Source of the DNA: Octopus vulgaris
Lineage: Eukaryota
DNA length: 64,000 nt
NCBI GenBank assembly: GCA_951406725.2
Contig: OX597817.1
Location: forward strand, 21,204,001-21,268,000
Direction of reading: 5' to 3'
A program made the translations under genes and the position numbers. The notes below the pieces were generated by a model. That model ran no database searches. It was not told the DNA's origin and worked only from the letters and a program-made list of their open reading frames with translations. Of this stretch, positions 27,033-40,190 are shown one piece after another (position 1 is the stretch's first letter; every line of letters begins with the position of its first letter).

Positions 27033-27660
27033 TCCTTTCTACTAAAGGCACGCGGCTTGGGGTTTGTGGTGGTGGTGGTGGGGAAGTCAATCACATAGAC
27101 CTTAATAATGAATTGGTACTCAATATATCGACCCCGAAAAGATGAAATACAAAGTCGACCTTGGCGGAATTTGAACTAAGAAAATCAAGGCGGAAGAAAT
27201 ACCTATTTCTTTACTACCCACAAGGGGCTAAACACAGAGGGCACAAACAAGGACAGACATAGGTATTAAGTCGATTACATCGACCCCAGTGCGTAACTGG
27301 TACTTAATTTATCGACCCTGAAAGGATGAAAGGCAAACTTGACCTCAGCGGAATTTGAACTCACAACGTAACGGCAGACGAAATACCGCTAAGCATTTCG
27401 CCCGGCGTGCTAACATTTCTGCCAGCTCGCCGTGTTTTCCATTAATAATCCTTTCTACAATAGACACAAGGCCGGAAATTGGTGGGGAGAGGACTAGTCG
27501 ATGACATCGGCCCCAATGATCAACTGGTACTTATTTTATCAGACATGAAATAATGAAAGGCAATGTTGACATCGATGGTTTTGAATTCAGTATGATGCGA
27601 CGAAAGAAATGCCGCTAAGCATTTTGCCCGACGTACTAATGTTTCTGCCAGCTCACCACA
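26505..27660 (-). mobile_element. Cluster of 4 SINE family B copies of different ages
   Basis: Repeated cgaccccgaaaggatgaaaggcaaagtcgacc..cggaatttgaact modules at ~26590, 27130, 27315 and 27545, with an (AAT)n tract at ~27000-27030. Confidence 0.85.
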
Positions 27661-27699
27661 TTATATAACAACAACAACAACAATAATAATCATAATAAT

Positions 27700-30375
27700 A
27701 ATGAAAGGAAACGGGGAAGCCACCTCATCATGGTAATTGCACAACCTGATAATCGCTAACTCATATGAGCGACAATGAAGAAACAAAATATTGTGAATAA
27801 CGGTGGTAATGAAACTGATGTTGGAGACAGTGGTACACCCGGTAGGCTCAGAGATTCTGGTCCGGCTCCAGCCTCTCGATATCAAGAAAGGGACCACCCC
27901 ACACGCCGTAGAATGAGCAAGCAAATTAATGCTGTTGTCATGGAGTGATGCTACCTGAGCAGCCCGGTAGATGGAAATGGTGCTCAAATTAGGGGTTACC
28001 GACAACGTATGAATGATCATTGGAGAAAAAATGGATGGTTTCAAATGAGAATATGTGATCAAGCTAGAGCAACAAGGAAAAATTGTTGGTTCACAGAAGT
28101 AACGCTCGAAGCTATCAAAAGACGGGTCATGGAAAATAGCAGCAGAGATTACAATGAAAATACAGTTCTTACTAATAAGAGTAATCCCATAGCACAGGAA
28201 AGGAGCAGTGGTAGTTTACTTGATGAGTGACATATAGATAATCTAAAACAAGGCAATAAAACTAATGGCGACATGACAGATGAACAAAAGTCAATATACG
28301 ACAGAATAAAGGTATGACTACGGGAGGATGGTAGCGACATTATTTTTCAACCTTAAAAAGGTTGATCGATGGAAATTGAACCAAGAAACGAAAAATGTCA
28401 ATGAAATTCTGAAATACATCAGAACAAACATCACAGAAAGAAATAATTTGATCAATGCAGCAATTATTGTTGTAGCATAAAACGTGGATGTTGATATCAA
28501 TAAAAAGAAACATAACGAAAGTGACAACAGATAAGATCCATGGTAGAAAAGAAGAATCCAGGCAGGGTTAGGAAATCCCTGTGTTAGACTGAATAAAGAA
28601 AGGAGAGCTTAAAAGCGAACAAAACTACAGGGCGCTGAAAAGGAAGTATAATATTGAAAGATAGGGCCTGAAAATAGTAGTGGAGGAACTGAAACAGCGC
28701 CTCGTTACAAATAATGTAAAGATGGTAAGACACGACCATAGAATGAAGGGTTACCACCTGAATAGGTTATTCAAAGTAGATAAAAAGAGATTCTATAAAG
28801 AAATAAATGGAGAGTGTACAGATGAAAAGTTTATACCAGATAACAATAAGAGTCAAAGGTTTCGGACGGTAATCTGGGACAAAGACAAGGAGCACAAAAA
28901 GATGCTGAAGGGTTGAAAGAACTGAAACAAACAGTAAACTGTCCAAAACAGGCAGAACTAGTCATTTCATTTAGGGAAGTGAAGGAAATCAGCAAAAACA
29001 AAACGAGCAACTGGTAGGCCCCGGGACCAGATGGAGTTGAAAGCTAGTCCATCAAAATATTTGGTGAATGTCATGCACGAATAGCTGCTCAACTCAACAC
29101 CTTGTTATATGCCAACCAAATAGCACCAGAGTGGTTGAAAGTGGGTAGAACAATGCTGTGCTTGAAAAACATCGAAAAAGGCAATGCGGTAGACAATTAC
29201 AGGCTGATATCCTGTATGCCACTTATGTAGAAGTTATTGACTGGAATACTCGCAGAGACAATGTGCGAACATCTGGAAAAAATGGAGTACTGCCACATAA
29301 GTAGAAGGGTTACAAGTGTAAGTACAGAGGTACCAAGGATTAACTCCTCATAGACAAAACTTTACTTAGAGACTGCAAGAGGAGGAAAAGTAACTTAACT
29401 ATGTCATGGATTGACTATTGCAAGGTATACGATATGATCCCACATTCTTGGATTATGGATTGCTTGAACCTATTTCCTATTGCATCGAATTTTGAGCGAT
29501 TACTTGGAAAAAGTATGGCGAAGTGGAGGACGGACCTGACAGTATACGGAAGAAGTTTAGGCACAGTAGAAATTAGGAGGGGCATCTTCCAAGGAGACTG
29601 CCTGTCCTCAATGATCTTTGTACTATGCTTGATAACACTAACACTGATTCTGAGGAAAGCAAATGATGGGTTTGGATTCAAAAGCTGCAAGCAAAAAGTC
29701 AGCCATTTCTTATTCATAGATGACCTCAAACTTTATGGTAAAGATGAAGCCCAAGCCAGTTCCCTAGTTGATACGGGGTATACCTTCAGTGCTGATATCA
29801 GACTGATCGATGGTGTATGAGAAGGAAAATCAAATGTATGCACGGGCTAACGAAACCCTCAGGGGAGGTTATAAAGCAGATAAACGAGACAGGCTATAAG
29901 TACTTGGAGATATTGGAAATGGATAAATTGATGGAGAAAGAAATGACAGAAAAATTTAAGATGGCGTAGTTGTGCAGACTGAGAGCGATCCTTCAATCGA
30001 AATTAAATGGGCGGAATAAGATCGAAGCTATCAACACCTGGACGGTTTCAAATATGGAGCAGGAGTAATCGCATGGACAGTAGACGAAATAAACATCTTA
30101 GACAGAAAGACAAGTTAGTTGCTAACTACATATGGTTCATTCCACCTAAAAAGTGATACAGACAGACGGTATGTACCAAGAAAAAGATGAGGAAGAGGAC
30201 TAATTGGATGTGAACACAGGATTAGAGCAGAAGAAACCAACCTTGCATGGTATGTAAAAAATGCCACAGATCCGCTATTATTAGAAGTAGGAAGGTCAGG
30301 CTTGTGGAGGATGAAAGATTGCAAAGATAAAGCACTATATAAGAAATTGAAAACGAAGGAAACTGAAAATAGGAG
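27700..30375 (+). mobile_element. Dong/R4-clade non-LTR retrotransposon, 5' part plus RT, pseudogenised
   Basis: N-terminal GYRQRMNDHW..RICDQARATRKN; APGPDG; RT motifs WIDYCKVYDMIPHSWI, RRGIFQGDCLS, HFLFIDDLKLY (ORF 29401-29820); YKYLEI. Many stops. Confidence 0.9.
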
Positions 30376-30399
30376 AAGAATGTCTTCACTGAATATACC

Positions 30400-32112
30400 T
30401 ATAGTCTCTTAATAGAAAATGGCATATTTTATAATGAGCAAAAATGATGTAAATGTGAGTATTATACTTGTAATTATCAGTTACTCATCAATAAAATGAT
30501 CTTGAAAGATTGTCACAAACGATACAAAAACTTGCCTATAGCCTGGATAGATTGTAAAAAAAGCTTTTGATATTCTACCTCATATATGGATTAAGAAATG
30601 TCTGGAAATGTATAAAATAGCACCTTCTCTGCGAAACCTATTTTCTGTAAGTACGACATCATGGAGGACCATACTCTCTTTGAACAGTGAAAATGAATCT
30701 CAATGCTGGAGATGTAAGAATTTTATGTAGCATTTTGCAGGATGACTATCTTTTGTCTCGCTTTAATATCTGTCTCGAAATTGCTCGATGGTGTACAATA
30801 TCGCTATGTAAAATTTTTGATAAACATGTAAAATCATCTCTTTTACATGAATGATATAAAGCACTTTGCAAAAACTGACCAACAACTACATGGCCTACTA
30901 GCACTTGTTAAGCAATTCGGTGATGACATCAGGATGCAATTTCGCCTCGATAAATGTCCAAAAGCTATCTTTATCAAAGGAAGAGTTATAGAAACATCCA
31001 ATGTTAATCTTGACCAAGGGAATGACATGAGAGAGTTAGATCCAGCGGAGAACTACAAATACCTAAGGGTATTTGAAGGTTATGGCATCAAATATTCAAT
31101 GATGAGGGAAAAGGTTCAGAAAAGAATGTTATCGCAGGGTAAGAGCAATACTCAAGATAGAGCTAAATACAAGAAGGAAGATTGAAGCGTTCAATACTTT
31201 AGCCATACCGGTCGTGAATTACATTTTCAATATCATTAACTGGTCAGTTACTGAAATATGTAATCTTGACAGAAATATACGAAAAGTATTGACAATGCAT
31301 AGAATGCACCACACTATGGCAGATATAGAACGACTTTACCTGCCAAGAAAAGTGAGTGGCCGTGAACTTTTGCAACTGGAATTAACAATGGAGATTACCA
31401 CAACTGGCCTAAACACCTACCTGACAACTCTGATGACTTGACGTTAAAAGTTGTCTTAAAGCACAAAAACAAGAAAACATCATATTCAGTAACAAAACAA
31501 GCAAAGAACTATCTAAGTGAGTTCCAAATACAACAAATTCCAGAATAAGACGTACTGAAAACAAACACAGAAAAAGCGAAGCGTATGAAAACCAGCGCTA
31601 AAACTGCTGCCTTAGATATTCTTACTGATAAATGACAAGAAAAACCACTCAATGACAAATACCCAAAGAGAGTTAATAATGACGATGTCGAAAGTGTCCT
31701 TACCCATCAATAGTTAGTGTCTTCTGGCTTAAAATCAGAAACAGAAGTGTTTATCACAGCAGCCCAAGATCAATACCTACCTAGAAGGAGCTACCAGTCA
31801 AACATATTAAAGAACATTAGCTTTACATTTCGTGTATGTAAACAACAAAATAACACCATCGATCATGTTGTCTCCATGTGCAGTATTTTTGTGTCAATAG
31901 ATTATCTCAACAGGCATGATAGAGCTGCACAATATAATCACTGGTTAATATGCAAAAACCTGACCTGCGCTATGATAAAAACTGGTGGGAACAAACACTA
32001 CCTATATTGCTTGTAAAAGACCATATATCACTCCTTTGGAACTTCACCGTTGAAACCGACAGAAATATAAATGCGAATAGGCCAGACATTATATTGACTA
32101 GGCCAGACATTA
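30400..32112 (+). mobile_element. Second Dong/R4-clade LINE fragment (RT to zinc finger/RLE), pseudogenised
   Basis: QLLINKMIL..AWIDCKK, YMNDIKHF, YKYLRV, MHH..ADIERLYLPRK, GLKSETE.FI.AAQDQ, RHD, NRPDII. Confidence 0.9.
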
Positions 32113-32279
32113 TATATATATATATATATACGAGCAAAACGCCCCCCACTTCCCTCCATCAAATGGGCTGTGTTGAGTTGTCAAATATTTAAACCAAATT
32201 TGATCAAAACAACTTGTTCGACAGTCTCATAGCCCCCCCCCCCCCCCGAGAAACACTCATTTAACCTAAAATTGAAACA

Positions 32280-32890
32280 CCAGCAAAAGAAGAAATAAAG
32301 ATAGTCCCAGAGTATTACGTTTCCATCCTCCTACATAACTTTACCTGGTACATGCTCATACCAGTTCTCTGTCATTTCATATTGGTATTTACAGCATAAG
32401 AGCCTATGAAGATACACGCACACTTTATTGTAGCGGTGCTTGTATTGTTTTTATGCAAGGCTCTCACATCCAGTTACCAAGTGGGTCACATTTTGCATAC
32501 TACTTCCACAGAGATTGTATTTCTTGGTGTCAGAAGTTTTAAAGATGTTATGCTTCACTGAATTTGTAGCGAGAGCCTGGTCTTGCGCAGCAATGATCAG
32601 GCGTTCGGTGGTACGCTTAAAATCACCTCGCTCAAGCTATGCCCACGATGCTCTTTTATTCTTAACGTCTTGTGTATTCCTTTCAAACTATCCATGCATT
32701 CTCGATTCAGGAAGGTCTTCTATTCCCTTCTCCCCAGCTCTTTCGTTAAACTCTTCCTTGTCCATCATTTCATATGGATTTAAACCCATATATTTCGCAG
32801 CAGATTGCAGCAGGTCTTCATCATTAATTATCGAATACTAGGTAAGCCTTCCCTTATCATTCCTTTTGCAATGCTACTTCTTCACGTGAT
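32280..32890 (-). mobile_element. Dong/R4-type LINE fragment (zinc-finger region)
   Basis: Minus translation TERLIIAAQDQALATN...CGSSMQNVTHLVTGC..LA...WYEHVPGKV..ILWDY. Confidence 0.82.
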
Positions 32891-33090
32891 CAAAGATGCA
32901 TATATCGTCAACCACTAAGTGACATGCAAAACTGGTTAAGCTCAAACAACTGACAAATTTGTGTTATTGAGCAGAATATTTACTGTTGCCCAACTTTTAT
33001 ACCAAGACAAAACAATGTACATGATAACACTTCCAATCAGTTAAGAAAAGAAGCCATGAGAGCCACTATGTGGTACTACATCAGGGCATT
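32890..33090 (-). repeat. Interspersed repeat homologous to 63761-63965
   Basis: Reverse complement of aatgccctgatgcagtacc...ggaagtgttatcatgtacattgttttgtcttggtataaaag...cttagtgg. A second unclassified repeat starts at ~33155. Confidence 0.8.
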
Positions 33091-34084
33091 TATCCTCCTC
33101 CTTCTCCCCCTCATCCTCCTCATTCTCATCATCATCATCATCATCATCATTATTATTGAGTGAGAGAGCAGTGCATGCCATCAAAGTGACACTGAGGTAA
33201 ATTATACGAAGCCCAGTATACCCATTATGACTACCTGTGTGATAAGGGTACACCAGGCACATGCATCACAACCATATGTACGCGACATAGTAATCACATA
33301 TTAAGATAAACAACGCATGACCTTGTAGGTGGGGGCCACATATATCTGTTTCTCCGCACACCATGTATATCATCTGCTGCGACATAATGAAAGTCCGACG
33401 CCAGATCACTGCCCATTATGTGAGTGGTTTCTGAAGTGCCGGGCGAGAAATCTTGACCATGATCGGCTATAGCTTCATTATTGCTGGTAAGTCATTCCTT
33501 GTGCTGTATCATGATTTTCTGAGTAGGTCGTGGGGTTCCCACGAGAGTTCTTATTGAGATCCCATCTCTCTCTCTTCCTCTCTTTATTTGTACATACACG
33601 TGTACATGTATGTACCTACACATGTATATTAGTAATGCGCTGGCATTATGTACCTCTATAACCACAATGATTATAATTATCACCATCGTTCTACCTATAT
33701 CATTTAAATTTATCAATAAAAATATCGGTCCCGATATATTGCAACAGATCTTCGTCACTATTTATCAAATACTCTGCAAGCGTTCTCCTTTCTTTCCTTA
33801 TACTATGGTCTATACTAATCAGTCCTACGTCACCATTCTTTCTTTTCATATAGAATATGATTACGTTTACAGTTAACGCTTAATACTATCTTTTGCGCTC
33901 CCTGCTTCGAATGGTAATCCAGGGGTCATTCTCAACTAATTTTTAGTTCCTTTACAGCTCATTTCAAATACTCCGACAATCACTCATATTGTAACCGACT
34001 TGAGAGTAGAAGGAAGAGAAGCAGCTTTGTCAATTGACTAAATTCTATAGGTCTATAAATTATTGTTTTAAATTTGCTTTGTAA

Positions 34085-34518
34085 TTATAATAGTTGACTC
34101 CAAGTCTCACCAAGAGACCTCAAGAGACAACAAGTTAGAAGTTGAATCGGTGCCATATGTTTGATTTTATACAAAGTATTGTTCTAGAGAATATTTCAGA
34201 TATCATAAGAAAATTAAAATTTGATTTTAATATTTGAGATTATATAGACGGTATTTTACGCAGTCTAAGGGCAGTTCGCATGAGTACTATCTTTTGAATT
34301 TCTGCGTTTCGGGGTTTCTTGGTATCTGAGCTAGTTATGAATCAGCTATTATTCTACTCTTCCTAATGCACTTATGATAACAGGTATTATTTTTGTCTTC
34401 AGGTTCCACATTTTGCCAATTTCTGTTTTAAGATCTTTATACTTGCTCAGTTTTTCGTTGGTCTTGACATATATATTTATGTTGATTTGGACAGTCATAT
34501 CAATGAGGAGGCATGATA
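34085..34518 (-). mobile_element. 3' end of a Dong/R4-type LINE with 3' UTR
   Basis: Minus translation CLLIDMTV...EKLSKYKDLKTEIGKMWNLKTKIIPVIISALG...RKIPSI*. Confidence 0.85.
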
Positions 34519-35022
34519 TCTATTATATAAAATCCATTCTGTTTGTCTGGGTGTGTATCTTCTTGGATCTCGGGCAGCCTCCATCCGATTGCGCTCAAAT
34601 TTGATATGTAGATACCGACGGTATCAGGGCGTGTATAAATCTCGATTTATACAGGCCCTGATGAATCGATTCCAGGTGAGAATGTGATCGATAAAGCCGT
34701 GGTAATATGCATTTGTACGCTCAAGTACATCAGCTGTTATATAAAATCCGTTCTGTCTGTCGGAAATTATTTTGCCTGAACTTCGTTTCTTTCCTGCCAA
34801 GCTTACTATTTAAACCATGTTTGTGTTCTCCCAGTGAACAGCCTTATCATTACTGGTACTTTAAACTCTTCGGTTGCATATTTGTGTGAATAAAATCATT
34901 TTTCTTTGGAATAGAATTAGTTTAAATGACACGCCACTGACGCGTCCGATAGAAGATAAATTTCAAGCAGCTGGCATCACCCAGTTGCTACAAAAGTTTA
35001 TACCCAGTTACATGCATTCTAG
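34519..35022 (+). mobile_element. Possible non-autonomous Helitron-like element
   Basis: Starts a|TCTATTATATAAAA, ends CTAG|t with no TSD; the 5' motif recurs at ~34737. The subterminal hairpin is not clear. Confidence 0.45.
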
Positions 35023-35319
35023 TAACTAAATCCTGGTAGCGGACCACACTTCTTCAAACCTACTGTAGGATGAAAAGGGAAGTCATTAAATACAGTCACT
35101 AAATTCTAAAGGAACTCACTTCTAAAGGAACTCACTTCTAAATGAACTCACGAATTGGCTTTACACCCAAGCTACGTACATAAATTTATTTTCTATCGAT
35201 AGCATTAGTGGTGGGCAATTTCAACTATTTTGTTGAGAAGATTCTAATCGATGGAGATCAAATTAAAAGTTAGTTCTAGAAAACTTTCAAGTCCGACATT
35301 TTGTTCATCAATTAGACAT

Positions 35320-35900
35320 TTCAAGGGTGCTCGGAGTAAATTTGACAATTTGCATGAAAAAAAATAAAACATTACATTTCAGCCAAAATATATGTATTGA
35401 AACCCATTCAAAATACTAACTAGATTAGCTACGAGATAAAAGTTGACTCAAATTAAACATCCACAACATTTAGAACGACCTCAAGATGACTATGGAACTT
35501 GGTGCATGCGTTCCTCACTTTGTTCTTATTACGATCCTTGAGAACCATGTTGGTCACAACCGCCAGCATGGCCTTAGTGCTTCAGGAATAGCCGAGAGTG
35601 TCTTTTTAAATTGAGCCCCACTTATAATCCAGGGCATTATAATCTTGGGAATTTGGAGACCAGAAATTAAGACTGGTGAAGTCGAACATTTCCTCCGTCA
35701 ACAACCTCTGACTCCCAAATGTGGCATGGAAACGAATCCTGCTGCCACATCTGGCACTTTCGTAACAACCAGTCAACGGTTTGACTACACTCCCGTGGAG
35801 CCTCACACAACCGTCTAAATTGAGTCTAACGATAGGTTTAAAGATGTCAGTCGGTTTGAGTCACCCTCACTGCAGACAGACGTACATACAATTACAGCTT
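35320..35900 (-). mobile_element. Degraded Tc1/mariner-superfamily transposon fragment
   Basis: Minus translation NFWSPNSQDYNALDYKWG resembles the catalytic WPPNSPDLNPLDY..W motif. Confidence 0.6.
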
Positions 35901-36488
35901 GTTTTATACCTTGATCATTATACATAGAGCAGCAGTCGTGAGTCATCATTTTGTAACCGGTCGCGGATCACCAGAATAAAAATAACTCTTCCAGTACTCA
36001 AATTACTTCCAGTCCTCCATATTAGCTACATTTTCATAAATACAACTTACGTTTATATGCTCTAAAACGCCGTTGACTGTTCATCAATAGATCCTGCTAA
36101 AAAGGAGACAGAAAATCTTGTAAAACGTTGTATTGCTCAAGTACATTTTAGTGTAACCCAAATGAAAGCATTTAACTACGAGGAAATCAAATATATTGGT
36201 GCATATATGAAATGCTTATATACAATACCCGACTCACACACACACGGGTACAAAACACACGCGCACACTCATACACACACTATATATGTGTGTGATCCCA
36301 GCCACAACTGGTGGAGACATCTAGAGTGTATGAATATGCGTGTATGCCTGTCTATCTAACTATGTATGTATATATGTACGTATGTATGTATGTATGTATG
36401 TATGTATGTATGTATGTATGTATGTATGTATCTATGTATGTATGAATCTATCTATCCATCTATCTGTCTATCTATCTCTCTCTCTCTG

Positions 36489-36533
<45 letters not shown>

Positions 36534-36641
36534 ATATGTATATATATATATATATATTTCAGCCCAAAATATCTATCTATCTATATATCTATCTATATAT
36601 CTATATATATATATATATATGTAAATATATATATGTATGTA

Positions 36642-36698
<57 letters not shown>

Positions 36699-36769
36699 AT
36701 GGATAGATAGAAAGATATGTATGCATGTGTATATATTTACACACACATACACACAGATAAATTTATAAA

Positions 36770-37988
36770 TATCAGATGATCCCTTAAATAATGCTATTTC
36801 TTATGATATTTTTTATATTTTGAACTTGAGATAAGCAAAGTTTTTTTTTTTTATTTAAGATATACTCTCCTTCATTTCCTACAACGATCTTCCATCTTGC
36901 AAGGCCCAAAATTTACTTCCCCGTGACGAAAAATTCTCCTCCACTACTGTAGTGACCTTATCTACAGAATTCATAGCTTTTCCGTCGAAACGATTTTGAA
37001 GACTGTGGAATATACCCAGAAGGGTAAATATCAGGCGAATATGGTGGGTGGGGCATCGCTCCCCATTCAAACTGCTGCAGCCTTTGGAATGTCATCCTCG
37101 CTGTATGTAGCCGAGCATTTCCGTATCGGGGAATCCCTTTCATCTTGAAGTCAAAGATGGTCGTTTTTTTTCAAGCACTGACTTAAGCCGTTCAACCTGC
37201 TCTCAGTAGATCGCCTTTGTTATCGATTGGTTTGGGTTTAAAAGTTCATATCCCATCAAAGAGATAACATATTACGTGGGTAAAGTCCTTTTTAGCCTGC
37301 GGTGCTGGTGTTACTCATTGTCTCCGGTGCTTGACATTTTTACAGAGAACCACACTCACTATTAGGTCCAAAAAAGTATTCATTCGAAGTGACGGCAAAG
37401 AATATTACACATTCACTCTCTGCGTGCTATTAGACTCGGAAAGTTTGTGAGGAACCCATTGACTCACTTTGCTGGCTTTTCCCATGGCACGCAGTTGCCG
37501 ATGAATGGTTGAATGACCAAATCCAAGCTTCTCTGCTAGTTCCTCAACAGTTACGTCGGGATTGTTTTCCAACAAGGTTTGCAGAACGTCCTCATCGAGC
37601 TCTACAGGTCTTCCAGACCGAGGCTTGTCTTCTAGGCTGTAGTTTCCGGCTCGGAGTTTCTGGAACCACCGTTGACACTGGCTTACACGTATTGTCCAAT
37701 CCCCATATACTACATTAAAATTTCTAGTAGATTTCGTTGTCTTGTGGCATTCATTGAACTCATAAAGCAAAATATACCGCATATGCTCCTTTATCACATT
37801 AGGGCTTTGAAAAAAAAAAACTATTAAAATCGAACTGCACTTTTCCAAATTTTCACTAAGAATAAGGATAATGTATAATTACTACATGTTTTTATAGCAA
37901 GTTGATGAAGGTTGTTTATCTCGTCGCTCTCCGACTTTTAGTTCATGCAATTTTTAAAAGATTGCATTATTTATGGGCAGACCCAATA
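36770..37988 (-). mobile_element. Mariner transposon, degraded (Hsmar1/SETMAR-like transposase)
   Basis: ORF 37405-37848 MRYILLYEF..QRWFQKLRAGNYSLED.PRSGRP..WVPHKL; HPPYSPD at ~37050; degenerate TIRs (cccttaaataatgc / gcattatttatggg). Confidence 0.88.
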
Positions 37989-38019
37989 TTAGTTTAATCC
38001 ATATATTGTTACTTAAAAA

Positions 38020-38078
<59 letters not shown>

Positions 38079-38079
38079 T

Positions 38080-38540
38080 CATATTCACGCGCTCTAGATG
38101 TCTCCAACAGATATGGCTAGGACCAAATGAAGCTGCAAAAGTCCCACAGAGCCCAGCCAGAATGCTGCTGGCATGATTCTCATATTCTAGAAGCTTAATA
38201 AGAATGAATAGTAGAACTATAGAAAAATCTTTCTGCCAGATATAATAGGAAAGTATATCAAGTACATCTAGTGTATATTCATATATTCAATACAGCTTAA
38301 CTGTGTTGTTCAAAAGACTGAGTGGGAAAATTGTGACAGTTCTGTCTGAAATTCAGTGTAATGGAAGAAGCATAATGAATATTGTGTCGTGTTTCTGCCT
38401 TTAGTAGCGTTACAAAAGGATTTTAATCTTTAGAACGTTCGAGCCTATAGCAAGTACTCAAACGATTTCGAGGTGAAGAAGATTCCACGCATAGTTCATA
38501 CTCTCTGGGCAAGTTCGAGCATTTTAGATGAAAATTAGTT
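38080..38540 (+). pseudogene. Possible L-protein (post-polymerase region) EVE fragment
   Basis: Long near-open frame QQIWLGPNEAAKVPQSPARMLLA*FSYSRS...; QSPARMLL parallels HPARILIR in EVE-1 and my recollection of bunyaviral Q.PAQLF. Weak. Confidence 0.3.
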
Positions 38541-38749
38541 TATTAACATGACCCTAGTTATTGATTTATACTAATTTAACCACAATTTTTGCTGACGCCA
38601 TGATTACTATCAGTCAACATTATCAATATTATCATAAATATAATCATTATTACTGCTATCATGTATAATATTAAATTATCATATCATTATTGTTATCGGC
38701 GGACCTGATCATCACGAAAAATATCGGAATCGTAATCATAGTAATCGGC

Positions 38750-38861
38750 ATTATCATCATCATCATCATCATCATCGTCATCATCATCGTCATCATCATC
38801 ATCATCATCGTCATCGTCATCATCATCATCATCATCATCATCGTTATCATCGTCATCATCG

Positions 38862-38908
<47 letters not shown>

Positions 38909-38960
38909 GTCGTCATCATCATCATCATCGTCATCGTCATCATCATCATCATCGTCATCG

Positions 38961-38998
<38 letters not shown>

Positions 38999-39029
38999 GT
39001 CATCGTCATCGTCATCATCATCGTCATCG

Positions 39030-39063
<34 letters not shown>

Positions 39064-39120
39064 TCATCATCATCGTCTTCATCATCGTCATCATCATCGT
39101 CATCATCATCATCGTCATCG

Positions 39121-39158
<38 letters not shown>

Positions 39159-39222
39159 GTCATCATCATCATCATCATCATCATCATCGTCATCGTCATC
39201 GTCATCATCATCATCGTCATCG

Positions 39223-39266
<44 letters not shown>

Positions 39267-39315
39267 GTCTTCATCATCGTCATCATCATCGTCATCATCA
39301 TCGTCATCATCATCG

Positions 39316-39385
<70 letters not shown>
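38750..39385. repeat. Long interrupted (CAT/CGT)n microsatellite, ~630 bp
   Basis: Directly visible; a one-base phase shift at ~39061 produces the poly-I to poly-H and poly-M to poly-D ORFs. Confidence 0.97.
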
Positions 39386-40040
39386 TGTCGTCATTTTCAA
39401 AAGTAGTGTCAAACTATAACTTCTAAATTAGCATTTGTCATCAACATCATTGTAATGATTCCTTCCCGTAATCATAATTACCATCAGCAACATTATCATA
39501 AACGTCCCTTATCACCATCATTATCGTCTCATTACTATTATCGCCCATCTTGACACGTTCACTTCCACCAACACAAGCTTCAGCCAAGCAGCAGCAGCAA
39601 GTGCTGCAGAGTTTTTTTTATGTTAATTCGCAAAAATTTTCATCGCCGTAGACGTTGACATCATTAACACCATTATTGCCGTTTTCCTGAATGTCATCAT
39701 CATCATCATCATCATCATCATAATCGCCTCATGATTTAGAATGGAGTAAGTGGATGAAATTTTCTTTTGTAGGAAGACATTCCAGGAAATTATATATACA
39801 TATATATGTGTGTCTGTATGTATGTATGTGTGTTTGCGTGTGTGTGTGTACGTGTCTATATATATATACACATAAATACACATTATGTGTGTATGTTTAT
39901 GTGTCTGTATGTGTGTTTGTGTATTTGTGTGTGTTTCTGTGTGTGTTTGTGTGTGTACGTGTCTCTCTCACTCTCTCGCTCTCTCTATATATATATATAC
40001 ACACACATAAATACATTTTGTGCGTGCATGTTTATGTGTC

Positions 40041-40104
<64 letters not shown>

Positions 40105-40190
40105 TTTGAAAGAGTGAAGACAGTGGGAAAATCATGGTAAAGCAAACGATCTTGTAATTTGTATTAATACAAATTGTATTTCGCATACAA

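Noticed and set aside
38671-39412. Poly-Met/Asp/His/Ile ORFs of up to 239 aa
   Set aside because: Translations of a (CAT)n microsatellite that is open in several frames on both strands; no gene context.
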